Source: Candidatus Acidiferrales bacterium (GTDB lineage Bacteria; Desulfobacterota; Binatia; UBA9968). Taken from it: DNA of 64,000 bases. Below, piece by piece: positions 21,319 to 29,283 of this stretch. The first letter of the stretch is position 1, and each line of letters starts with the position of its first letter. The stretch is from contig DATMAM010000017.1 in assembly GCA_035559995.1 (NCBI GenBank), forward strand, positions 13,889-77,888, read 5' to 3'. The notes below the pieces were generated by a model. It saw nothing but the letters and a program-made list of their open reading frames with translations, was not told the DNA's origin and ran no database searches. The position numbers and the translations under genes are program-made.

Positions 21319-21618
21319 CTAGGCAATTCCCAGTTTATGCTTGGCTTCCTCGCTGATAAGACCCGGATGCCACGGCGGATCCCAGACGAGCTCCACGTTG
21401 GCGTCGACGACGCCGGGTAGCTCCAGGATCTTCTGTCTCGCTTCGTTTGCGATGATTGCGCCCATACCGCAACCCGGCGCGGTGAGCGTCATCTTGACGT
21501 TTACGGTCTCGTCCTTCACCTCCACGTCGTACACCAGACCGAGATCGACGATGTTCACGGGGATCTCCGGGTCGTAACAGGTCTGCAAGACCTCGTAGAC
21601 TTCTTCCTTGGTTGCCAT
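21319..21618 (-). CDS. DUF59 / MIP18-family Fe-S cluster assembly protein (SufT-like)
   Basis: MATKEEVYEVLQTCYDPEIPVNIVDLGLVYDV... Start ATG at 21618 has GGAGG 7 nt upstream. That Shine-Dalgarno lies inside the preceding gene's last codons, and there is an ATGA overlap option at 21624. Confidence 0.85.
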   Translation of the reverse strand: MATKEEVYEVLQTCYDPEIPVNIVDLGLVYDVEVKDETVNVKMTLTAPGCGMGAIIANEARQKILELPGVVDANVELVWDPPWHPGLISEEAKHKLGIA

Positions 21619-21620
21619 GG

Positions 21621-21956
21621 TCATGCCTCCTTCCCTTGCGCCGCCTGCCTTGTAGCTCGACACTCGGGGCACGGGCAGAGCGCGCGCAGGTAATCAAACG
21701 TGTAGATTCCCGTGCTGTGGCCGTCGCTCCACGTAAACTGAATCGCGTAGTTGCCGACCGCGCTGATCTCTTGTAGACCGCACTCGGCTCCCTCGACAAA
21801 GCGAATCTTGCCGCCGTGTCCCTGGCAGAGCGCGCACGGGCAGTAGCCGCGCAGGTACTCGCGCGCGTACTCGCCCACGTGGCCGTCGTCCCACGTGATG
21901 CGCACCAGCCCCTTGTCCTTTAGGTGATGGATCTCGACGGGAACCGCTCCATCCAT
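21621..21956 (-). CDS. DUF971-family protein (Cys-rich, CPCALC and CPCPEC motifs)
   Basis: Only the C-terminal 111 aa of the 429-aa track ORF are real (MDGAVPVEIHHLKDKGLVRITWDDGH...). The upstream part is an Arg-rich artefact overlapping mrp in another frame. ATG lies 5 nt after the mrp stop. Confidence 0.8.
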   Translation of the reverse strand: MDGAVPVEIHHLKDKGLVRITWDDGHVGEYAREYLRGYCPCALCQGHGGKIRFVEGAECGLQEISAVGNYAIQFTWSDGHSTGIYTFDYLRALCPCPECRATRQAAQGKEA

Positions 21957-21961
21957 AGCTG

Positions 21962-23059
21962 CTAGCTCGTAATGATCTTGAGAGACTGCGCCCGGCGCGC
22001 GCGCTCGGAGGCGATCGAGAGCTGGCCGGCAAGATTTCGCGCGATCTCCAGAAAGGTCTTGCTCACCGGCGACTGCGGGTCGCGCACCAGCACCGGCATG
22101 CCTTCGTCGCCCCACTGGCGCACCGCGGGAACCAAGGGGACCTCGCCGAGAAAAGGAATTTTGAAGCGCTCCGCCGCCTTGCGCGCGCCGCCGCGCGAGA
22201 ATATCTCGTGGCTTTTGTTGCAGCCGTCGCAGATGAAGTAGCTCATGTTTTCGATGATGCCGACGATCGGGATCATCACCTTGTCGAACATCGACTTCGC
22301 CCGAATGACATCGGCCAGCGCGACTTCCTGGGGCGTCGCCACCAAAACCGCGCCGCTCACCTTGAGCTGTTGCGAAAAAGTAATCTGCACGTCGCCGGTT
22401 CCCGGCGGCATATCGACGACCAGATAATCGAGATCGCCCCAGTGGACATCCGCCATCAACTGATGCAGCGCCTTTCCCAGCATCGGACCGCGCCAGATCA
22501 CCGCCTGGTCGGGCTCCAGGAAAAACCCGATCGACATGACCGGGACGCCGTGCGCGACCGGAGGCCTGAGCTTGAAACCGCCGTCCACCTCCACCTTTTG
22601 CGGTTCTTCCCTCACGCCCATCAAAATAGGAATCGAGGGCCCGTAGATATCGGCGTCGAGCAGCCCGGTTGCCGCCCCGTGCATCTTGAGCGCCACCGCG
22701 AGATTGGCGGCCACGGTGGATTTCCCGACGCCACCCTTTCCCGCCGCCACAAGCACGACGTTCTTCACGTTCGGCAATAGATCGGTCTGCCCCTGTCCGA
22801 CCTTGCTGCCGCGAACCTGAGCGCCGAACGAGATCTCGACTTCCTTTATGCCCTCGACTCCCGCGAGCGCCTGGCGGCAGTCGTCCTGGATTCGCTCCCG
22901 CAGCGGGCACGCCGGCGTTGTCAGCTCCACCGTAAACGACACCTTGCCGTTGCGGACCTCGAGGTTCTTGACCATCCCAAGGCTCACGATGTCCCGGTGT
23001 AGCTCGGGATCTTGAACTTTTTTGAGCGCTCCTAAAACTGCCTCTGCGTTTGCTGCCAT
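21962..23059 (-). CDS. apbC: Mrp/ApbC/NBP35-family Fe-S cluster carrier ATPase
   Basis: 365 aa. N-terminal DUF59-like domain, deviant Walker A (GKGGVGKST) and the CxxC motif (FICDGCNKSH). Confidence 0.92.
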   Translation of the reverse strand: MAANAEAVLGALKKVQDPELHRDIVSLGMVKNLEVRNGKVSFTVELTTPACPLRERIQDDCRQALAGVEGIKEVEISFGAQVRGSKVGQGQTDLLPNVKNVVLVAAGKGGVGKSTVAANLAVALKMHGAATGLLDADIYGPSIPILMGVREEPQKVEVDGGFKLRPPVAHGVPVMSIGFFLEPDQAVIWRGPMLGKALHQLMADVHWGDLDYLVVDMPPGTGDVQITFSQQLKVSGAVLVATPQEVALADVIRAKSMFDKVMIPIVGIIENMSYFICDGCNKSHEIFSRGGARKAAERFKIPFLGEVPLVPAVRQWGDEGMPVLVRDPQSPVSKTFLEIARNLAGQLSIASERARRAQSLKIITS

Positions 23060-23190
23060 ACGATCCTTCTGGGGAGAGAAAACGACTTCCCGCCGAGTCT
23101 CGTCAGAACTGCGGCTGGAAAAGCGCCACCACTCGATTGTTCGCGGGAGAAGCCTTGGGAGTCAACGCTTCAAAAAATATAGGCTGCCGC

Positions 23191-23886
23191 ATGGGAGAAT
23201 GCAACAGCCTGGCGCTTCTGTTGACGCCGGGAGCGAAACATCCTAGCTTTTGCCGCGTGACTTTTGCGGGCGCGTTTGTGCTGGGATTTTCCGTCGCTTC
23301 CATTCCGGGCCCGACGATCGTGCTCATCACAACGGAAACGCTGACCAAAGGCGCGCGCGCCGGCATCGCGGCCATGGCCGCGCCCCTTCTGCTCGACGCT
23401 TTTCTGATGCTCCCTTTGGGCCTTGCGCTTCAGGGTCTGTTGGTTTCGCCCGCGGCGGCCACAGGCCTGGGCCTGATCGGCGGCTGCTTTTTGGGATGGC
23501 TCGGGCTAAACTCGATTCGCTCAGCCAGGCCCGCGCTCGCCGGCCATGCGCGGCAGGAAAATAGCCCGTTACCGGACCGCGACATGCCGTCTTTTTTAAA
23601 AGGCATGCTAACTCACCTGAGCAGCCCTTACCCGTACCTGTATTGGGCAACCGTGGGCGCGCCACTCGTTCGCCAGGGCTTTGCGCGCGCCGGCGTTCCC
23701 GGCGCGGTGTTCTTCCCGCTGGGCTTTTGGCTAGGCGCCAGCGCATTTACGCTGTTGACGATCTTTGTGGCGGCGCAGGGAAAACGCCTGTTGCCGGCGC
23801 GCTTCGAGCCCTGGCTTCACATCGCTTCCGGCTTACTCCTCATCGGATGCGGCATCGCTCTTGCCGCGAGAACCTGGACGCAGTGA
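23191..23886 (+). CDS. LysE/RhtB-family amino-acid exporter
   Basis: Six predicted TM helices with the LysE N-terminal PGP motif (GFSVASIPGPTIV). Start is uncertain: ATG at 23191, or GTG at 23257 (MTFAGAFVLGF...). The first 47 codons of the track ORF overlap mrp and are rejected. Confidence 0.72.
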   Translation: MGECNSLALLLTPGAKHPSFCRVTFAGAFVLGFSVASIPGPTIVLITTETLTKGARAGIAAMAAPLLLDAFLMLPLGLALQGLLVSPAAATGLGLIGGCFLGWLGLNSIRSARPALAGHARQENSPLPDRDMPSFLKGMLTHLSSPYPYLYWATVGAPLVRQGFARAGVPGAVFFPLGFWLGASAFTLLTIFVAAQGKRLLPARFEPWLHIASGLLLIGCGIALAARTWTQ

Positions 23887-24101
23887 GCGCGGCGAAAGAG
23901 CATGCTCTTTTGCAATCCTCGTTAGCGGGCGGGCCTTATCCCTAACGGCATCCGGCAGGCAAAGCCCATAGCTTAAGACCGGCAAAACGATCTGGCGCAA
24001 CCGCGATCAGCTGCCTTGCGCGTGGCGTATTCTCCGGGCGATGGCGTGTTTGATGGCTGCGCGCTCGGCACTGCCGGTCTTCACGATTCTACAAGGAGAC
24101 T

Positions 24102-24250
24102 TTGGAACGACAGCCTTGGAGTCTTCTGGAGAGAAAGTCGGGGGCGGCGCGCGCCGATATGGAGCGCTTCGCTGGGCTCTGCGGCGGCGCGAAGACCGCA
24201 GTTTTTGTCTGGAGCATGGGCGTAACCCAGCACGTCTTTGGCGTGGAAAA
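24102..24250 (+). pseudogene. Probable relic of a molybdopterin oxidoreductase (formate-dehydrogenase-like) gene
   Basis: Translation ...AKTAVFVWSMGVTQHVFGVENVKAI... matches the conserved (W)xMG(I/V)TQHxxGxxNVxAI stretch of molybdopterin oxidoreductase catalytic subunits. Only about 40 aa are recognisable and the flanks are unrelated. Confidence 0.3.
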
Positions 24251-24252
24251 CG

Positions 24253-24429
24253 TCAAAGCAATCCCTGTCGCGAAGCAATACGTTCTAACGTGGCGAGCGT
24301 TATGCGCTCGACGCGCGAAAGCGCTTCGTTGCCCTTGCGCACCTCCTGCAGAACCGCGTAGAGGATAATACCTTCCGCCACGACGGCACATATAATAACC
24401 AAAGTGTTAATCCAGATTATTACGTCCAT
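24253..24429 (-). CDS. Possible small single-TM protein (58 aa)
   Basis: MDVIIWINTLVIICAVVAEGIILYAVLQEV... with GGGGAAGG Shine-Dalgarno just upstream. Directly downstream of the VOC gene in the same operon. Confidence 0.35.
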   Translation of the reverse strand: MDVIIWINTLVIICAVVAEGIILYAVLQEVRKGNEALSRVERITLATLERIASRQGLL

Positions 24430-24468
24430 GCCTTCCCCGATTGTTTCTGAGTCGAAGTTGGCCCGCAA

Positions 24469-24825
24469 CTAGTCGCAGTAAAACTCCACCCAGTATCGGT
24501 TGGGGTCGCGGAAGTAGATGCTGCTTCGCCCTCGGCGCCCTTCAATTTTCACCCGGTTTTCCTTGAGCCTTCTTTCGACCCGCTTGAGATCCGCTCGTGA
24601 CACGCTGATGCCAAAGTGGTCCAGGCCCCCCGTCGGGTGGATCTTTCCTTTCGAGGCGACGAAGTCCAACAGATCGTCTTGCCCGGGCCAGCGGAGAAAT
24701 ACCCTTTTCGGCCGAACGCGAAACGCCACTTCCAGCCCCAGGACGTCGGTATAGAAGCGCACGGTCTTCTCGAGCGCGTTGGTCTTCAAGCTCAGATGGC
24801 GAAGGCCGGCGCTTGCCCGCCTCAT
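24469..24825 (-). CDS. VOC/glyoxalase-family protein
   Basis: Start taken at MRRASAGLRHLSLKTNALEKTVRFYTDVLGLEV (ATG 24825, GGAG 7 nt upstream, ATGA overlap with the flavin reductase stop). Glyoxalase/bleomycin-resistance fold motifs (HLSL..., LDHFGI). Confidence 0.75.
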   Translation of the reverse strand: MRRASAGLRHLSLKTNALEKTVRFYTDVLGLEVAFRVRPKRVFLRWPGQDDLLDFVASKGKIHPTGGLDHFGISVSRADLKRVERRLKENRVKIEGRRGRSSIYFRDPNRYWVEFYCD

Positions 24826-25304
24826 AGCGCGCTCCCGAGGCGGTGATACTTGCTGCGGAAAAAAAGCAGCGGCGCGCCGTCTCGCGCTTCGCCAGAGATC
24901 ACTTCGGCGAGATAGATCGTATGGTCGCCGCCTTCGTAGCGCTCCACGATGCGGCACTCGACGTGCCCGACCGCTCCATCGATGAGCGGGACGCCGCTTG
25001 CGCCCGCCCGCCAGGACAGCCCTTCAAACTTGTCGATCCCCTTGGTCGCGAAACGCCGGGAAATGTCCTGCTGCCGTTCGCTCAGGATGTTGACGGCAAA
25101 CGTTTTTGTTTCTTCGAAGCACGAGTAACATTGAGCGCTTTTGTCGATGCACACCAGCACCAGCGGCGGATCCAAGGAAACCGAAGTAAACGCATTGGCG
25201 GTGATGCCGAAATTCTGCCCCTCCTCGTCCCTCGCCGTCACGACCGTGACGCCGGTCGCGAAATGGCTCATCAGTTGGCGCAGCTCCTTCGGGTCCACAG
25301 CCAT
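24822..25304 (-). CDS. Flavin reductase (NAD(P)H:FMN oxidoreductase, Flavin_Reduct domain)
   Basis: 160 aa. FATGVTVVTA...GITANAFTSVSLDPPLVLVCI... matches the flavin reductase-like domain. Confidence 0.85.
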   Translation of the reverse strand: MAVDPKELRQLMSHFATGVTVVTARDEEGQNFGITANAFTSVSLDPPLVLVCIDKSAQCYSCFEETKTFAVNILSERQQDISRRFATKGIDKFEGLSWRAGASGVPLIDGAVGHVECRIVERYEGGDHTIYLAEVISGEARDGAPLLFFRSKYHRLGSAL

Positions 25305-25313
25305 AATCGACGG

Positions 25314-25871
25314 TCACAATGAAACGGCTGCACTGGCTTTGGATTCGCCGAGCGCTACCGCATCGCCGACGCGAATCGTGCCTTCAGTGACAATAGCCGC
25401 CTTGAGGCCGCTCCGGTGGAGCAAAGCGCGGCACACGCCGGGGACCCCGACGAGCCTCTCCATGTGCATGCACGGCTCAAAAAGCCTGAGGCCGCGCAGG
25501 ACGACCTCGCCCACGCTGAACTCCCGGCCGAGAAGCTCGATCAGGGGCACGCCTCGCGTGACGACGTTGCGCCGGATATCGCCCGGCGAAAGCTTGACGT
25601 CAAGCTCTCCCTCGGCCGCTTCGATCGTTTCGATCTCGATCAAGGTGATCGCCTTGTCCGGGCGCCCGAGCGCCGCCCAGGAGGCGCGAAAGAAGCGGTC
25701 GCCTTCGAGCCCGCGGTCGGGAACCGCGCGGACCTCGGGCACGGCGATCATGCCGTCACCGGCCGCGCGCGCAACGTGGAGAGAGACAACCTGGCCGCTG
25801 CGGAAAGGTTCCGCGCTTTTCCAGCCGCGCCATAGTTCCGGCGGCGTTTCCCAAATGTTGCTTTTTGCCAC
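25314..25871 (-). CDS. MOSC-domain protein (YiiM-like)
   Basis: GQVVSL...GLEGDRF... N-terminal beta-barrel and MOSC core with conserved Cys (LFEPCMHMERL). Start taken at GTG 25871 with AAGGAG 9 nt upstream. The TTG at 25898 is an alternative. Confidence 0.75.
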   Translation of the reverse strand: MAKSNIWETPPELWRGWKSAEPFRSGQVVSLHVARAAGDGMIAVPEVRAVPDRGLEGDRFFRASWAALGRPDKAITLIEIETIEAAEGELDVKLSPGDIRRNVVTRGVPLIELLGREFSVGEVVLRGLRLFEPCMHMERLVGVPGVCRALLHRSGLKAAIVTEGTIRVGDAVALGESKASAAVSL

Positions 25872-26176
25872 GCTCCAATCTCCTTTTATCGAGGGCAACG
25901 CGCTTAACCGGCAGCGATAAAATCGACGTCGTCCGCGGGGCCTCGAGCTTTGAGACTTTCTCTATCGTAACCGGCCGCCAAAGTCCAACTATCAAGATAG
26001 TCATTCGGCGCTTGGCGCGAGCGAGACTTGCGCGCAATGCCTACAAGCTCATCATAAGTGGCCGATCGGGCGCGCGCACCGTTTGACTCGGAGGAACCAC
26101 CGGCGCTAGGAAAGACATTGGTCGAGCGCAAGTGCGCACGTTGACGATAAACCCAGAGAGGAGAGCCGCGTTGCCG

Positions 26177-27625
26177 ATGGAGACTCACGAGCACGACCAC
26201 GATCACGAGCACGGGTCGGGAATGGTTCACACGCACCTTACAAGCGTCGGCATCGACATCGGCTCGTCGACGTCGCATCTGATGTTCTCGCAACTGACCG
26301 TCGGCTACCGCGCTGCGCATCGCCGCCGGCCTGAAGTCCTCGAGCGCAGGGTGATCGCCCGCTCGCCGATTCGGCTCACCCCTTTCGGTGCCGACTGGAA
26401 TTTGCAGGAGCAACCGCTCAACGAACTGATCGAGACCACCTTCCGCGACGCGGGACTCGAGCGCGCCGATATCGACACCGGCGCCGTCATCGTGACCGGC
26501 GAGGCGGCGCGGCGGGACAACGCCGCCAAGATCGCCGCGCTCTTCGCCCAAGAAGCGGGGCGCTTCGTGTGCGCGACCGCGGGGCCTCGGCTCGAGGCGA
26601 TTCTCGCCGCGCACGGCTCGGGAGCGGTCGCGCGGAGCCGCGAGCAAGGTTCGGTGATCGTCAACGTCGATGTCGGCGGCGGAACCACAAAGATCAGCGT
26701 CATCCGAAGCGGCGCCATCGAAGCGACCACGGCGCTCAACATCGGCGCGCGATTGATCGCATGGGACGAGCGCGGCAGCGTCGTTCGGCTGGAGAAGGGC
26801 GGCAGGCGATTTTTGTCCGATTTCCGGTTGCCCATCGAAGTCGGGAGCAAGATTGACGAGACCGTTCTCAAGCCGCTCGCTCGGCGCATGACAGAGGTGC
26901 TGTTCGGTACTCTCGACGGCGAGCCGCCCGGATTAGATGAGCTTTTTATTACGCCGCCGATTCAAAATGTGCCTCGCATCGATGAGATTGTCTTCTCGGG
27001 CGGAGTCTCCGAATACGTTTACGGCCGCGAGGCGAACGCGTTCGGCGATCTGGGTCCGCTTCTGGGAAACGAGCTGCGCGCTCACGCGGCCAGGAGAGGG
27101 TACGCCGTCGCGGATTCCACCGAAGGCATTCGCGCCACGGTGATCGGCGCATCGCAGTATACGATTCAGCTCAGCGGGGAAACGATTTTTATTCCCGAGC
27201 CGAGCGCGCTTCCGATCCGCAACTTGAGGGTGTTCGTCGTGCGCGCCACTTGGGAGCCGCCGATTGCGGAAAATTCGGCGCGGCTGATCCAAGCGGCGCT
27301 CGGCGACCGGGATCCGGAAGTGCGCGACTCCCCATTTGCGCTCTACGTCGCCACGCCGCCTTTTCTGGGTTATGGGGCGGCTCACGAGCTTGCCCAAGGC
27401 ATCCGCGCGGCCCTCCTCTCAGCATCTGCCGAGGATCGTCCCAAGCTGCTCGTCTTCGAGCAGAACGTCGGCCACATCATCGGCCAGGCTCTCCCACCCG
27501 AGCTCGCGATCCCCTGCATCGACGAGATCGCGCTCTCCGAGCTTGACTTTATCGACGTGGGGGAATTCGTTGCCGGCGAGAGCTATGTGCCGGTGGTCAT
27601 CAAAAGCCTCGCCTTCGGCGTGTGA
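26177..27625 (+). CDS. eutA: EutA-family ASKHA ATPase (ethanolamine ammonia-lyase reactivase homologue) with His-rich N-terminus
   Basis: LTSVGIDIGSSTSHLMFSQL, GAVIVTGEAARRDNA, ATAGPRLEAILAAHGSGA and NVDVGGGTTK match EutA block for block. N-terminus is METHEHDHDHEHGSGMVHTHL. AGGAGA lies upstream. Alternative starts are GTG 26132 or TTG 26171. Confidence 0.8.
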   Translation: METHEHDHDHEHGSGMVHTHLTSVGIDIGSSTSHLMFSQLTVGYRAAHRRRPEVLERRVIARSPIRLTPFGADWNLQEQPLNELIETTFRDAGLERADIDTGAVIVTGEAARRDNAAKIAALFAQEAGRFVCATAGPRLEAILAAHGSGAVARSREQGSVIVNVDVGGGTTKISVIRSGAIEATTALNIGARLIAWDERGSVVRLEKGGRRFLSDFRLPIEVGSKIDETVLKPLARRMTEVLFGTLDGEPPGLDELFITPPIQNVPRIDEIVFSGGVSEYVYGREANAFGDLGPLLGNELRAHAARRGYAVADSTEGIRATVIGASQYTIQLSGETIFIPEPSALPIRNLRVFVVRATWEPPIAENSARLIQAALGDRDPEVRDSPFALYVATPPFLGYGAAHELAQGIRAALLSASAEDRPKLLVFEQNVGHIIGQALPPELAIPCIDEIALSELDFIDVGEFVAGESYVPVVIKSLAFGV

Positions 27626-27639
27626 CGAGGTTGGGTTGG

Positions 27640-27861
27640 TTACGGTACTGCGGCGGCGCGAGTTGTCGGTTTTGGCTCTTGGCCATGGGCGCCCGCGCGC
27701 CTATTTCCGAGGACGATAAGAGCCAGGACCATCAGCGGCACCAGAAAAAAGATTGAATTGAATCCCGTCAAATATTCGCCGACTTGGGAAAGACAAACCA
27801 GGTACAGAACGTAAAGCGCCGACATCCTGCCCGTAAGTTCGCTCTGCGTATTTTTTTCCAC
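27640..27861 (-). CDS. Possible small 2-TM membrane protein (73 aa) in the low-GC islet
   Basis: GTG start with GGAGG 6 nt upstream. Two hydrophobic helices (LYVLYLVCLSQVGEYLTGF and IFFLVPLMVLALIVLG). Local GC is only about 50%. Confidence 0.4.
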   Translation of the reverse strand: MEKNTQSELTGRMSALYVLYLVCLSQVGEYLTGFNSIFFLVPLMVLALIVLGNRRAGAHGQEPKPTTRAAAVP

Positions 27862-27884
27862 TTTGAGCCTCCGAAGTTGCTTTT

Positions 27885-28082
27885 TTACTCGCGCCGTGGA
27901 GAAAGCTCCTGCGATCCGAAATTGGCGACCTCTTTTTCTTCTTGCAAAACTTTAAGCGGCGGCGGTTCCTCGAGACACGAAATGCAAATCCACGAATCCC
28001 GATAACGATCCAGCTTCCTCCCGCAACGGCATCGTGGGTGCTCGACGTCTTTCGTGTCCTCTCCTCTTACTTTTGTTCTCAT
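27885..28082 (-). CDS. Possible small zinc-ribbon protein (65 aa, CxC-N12-CxxC)
   Basis: MRTKVRGEDTKDVEHPRCRCGRKLDRYRDSWICISC... from ATG at 28082, which has a weak Shine-Dalgarno. The longer TTG-initiated 112-aa ORF is also possible. Overlapping alternative frames exist, so this is tentative. Confidence 0.22.
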   Translation of the reverse strand: MRTKVRGEDTKDVEHPRCRCGRKLDRYRDSWICISCLEEPPPLKVLQEEKEVANFGSQELSPRRE

Positions 28083-28426
28083 TGCCAACCTGCTCGCCTT
28101 TCTACATTGGGACACCCATGCAGGAGTCGTACCAAGAGACTTGCTCGTCGATTGTCGTTGTCTGTTAGCTTTTTTCTGGGCTTGAGTTCTCGGACTGTGA
28201 CACGAAACCAACGACCGTGACAAAGAGGCCCGTCCTTCATGTCATGAATTCCCAGGAGCGCGGTTGACGGATCCTGTTTCGCTCGCGAGCGCGCGCTCCG
28301 ACCGGAAGCAAGCCACCACAGGAGAGACACTGAGTGGTTGGCTGGGAGCTTGGCTCCCCACGAGAGCCCGCCTGCGCCCGTGGGCGTCCATGGGATTCAA
28401 GCGGGCTTTACGCGTGAGAAAAGAGA

Positions 28427-28503
28427 TGGTCGGGGCGAGTGGATTTGAACCACCGACCTCACGGTCCCGAACCGTGCGCTCTACCAAGCTGAGCCACGCC
28501 CCG
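28427..28503 (-). tRNA. tRNA-Pro (anticodon CGG), CCA encoded
   Basis: Reverse complement folds as a cloverleaf. Acceptor CGGGGCG/CGCCCCG, D-arm GCTC..GAGC, anticodon stem CACGG/CCGTG with loop TTCGGGA, T-arm GGTGG-TTCAAAT-CCACT, discriminator A, then CCA. Confidence 0.9.
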
Positions 28504-28596
28504 ACAAGTTCGATCTTACATTGGCTGGAAACGTATTGAAAGGCAAACAAGTTCCCGGAGCCGCAAAGCGGTCGCTCGGTTCTTCATCCGGCCTTT

Positions 28597-29283
28597 TTAT
28601 CTCATCGACTCCGCCCGGGCCATGGGTTTTACGTTTTCTGCCGCCTTGCGCATCCGCCGGATCGTCTCTCCATAGTCCGGCGTCTTGAAAATCCCCGAGC
28701 CCGACACGATCACTTCCGCGCCCGCCGCCACCACGCGCGCGATGTTGTCCGCCTTGATTCCCCCGTCCGCCTCGATCAGCACGGGAAGCTTTCGGCCTTC
28801 GACCAGCGCTCTGAGCTTTGCGATATTGGGAAGCACTTCCTCGATGAACTCCTGGCCGGCAAAGCCCGGAAACACCGTCATCATGAGAACCATGTCGGCG
28901 TGCGCGAGCAGCGGCTCGATTTTCTCGAGCGGCACATCCGGGTTTACCGCAACCGAAGCTTTCGCGCCCAGCGAGCGAATCTTTTCCAGGCTCGCGACCG
29001 GATCGCCGCAGGTATCGGGATGCACCGATACCCAATCCGCGCCGGCCTTGATGAACTCCGGAGCGTACCTGTCGGGATCGGTGATCATGAGGTGCACGTC
29101 CATCGGCAAGCGCGTCACCTTGCGGATCGATTCCAGCACGACCGGGCCGATCGTCAGGTTGGGAACGAAATGCCCGTCCATCACGTCCACATGAATCCAG
29201 TCGGCGCCGGCGCGCTCGACCGCGCGAATTTCTTCCCCCAGGCGGCTAAAGTCCGCCGATAAAATCGATGGCGCGAGCTTCAT
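28597..29283 (-). CDS. rpe: Ribulose-phosphate 3-epimerase
   Basis: Start taken at MKLAPSILSADFSRLGEEI (ATG 29283, overlapping the rsmB TAA as TAATG). HVDVMDGHFVPN and GADGGI motifs. The 343-aa track ORF has a spurious N-terminal extension. Confidence 0.9.
   Translation of the reverse strand: MKLAPSILSADFSRLGEEIRAVERAGADWIHVDVMDGHFVPNLTIGPVVLESIRKVTRLPMDVHLMITDPDRYAPEFIKAGADWVSVHPDTCGDPVASLEKIRSLGAKASVAVNPDVPLEKIEPLLAHADMVLMMTVFPGFAGQEFIEEVLPNIAKLRALVEGRKLPVLIEADGGIKADNIARVVAAGAEVIVSGSGIFKTPDYGETIRRMRKAAENVKPMARAESMR

Noticed and set aside
21621-22910. 429-aa minus-strand ORF
   Set aside because: Only the last 111 codons (the DUF971 protein) are genuine. The remainder is an Arg/Gly-rich frame overlapping mrp/apbC, which has unambiguous P-loop and CxxC motifs in its own frame.
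24041-24391. Overlapping 88-106-aa ORFs on both strands in the LysE-VOC intergenic region, read as real genes
   Set aside because: They are mutually exclusive and low-complexity outside the short molybdopterin-oxidoreductase-like stretch. The region is better explained as a gene relic.
27626-28503. Integrated mobile element or genomic island at tRNA-Pro
   Set aside because: No integrase, excisionase or transposase is in the window. The islet is only about 0.8 kb and I could not find a direct repeat of the tRNA 3' end. It is kept as a finding (a compositional anomaly) but not called a mobile element.
28242-28550. 102-aa minus-strand and 91-aa plus-strand ORFs overlapping tRNA-Pro
   Set aside because: They run straight through the tRNA gene. 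The tRNA cloverleaf is unambiguous.
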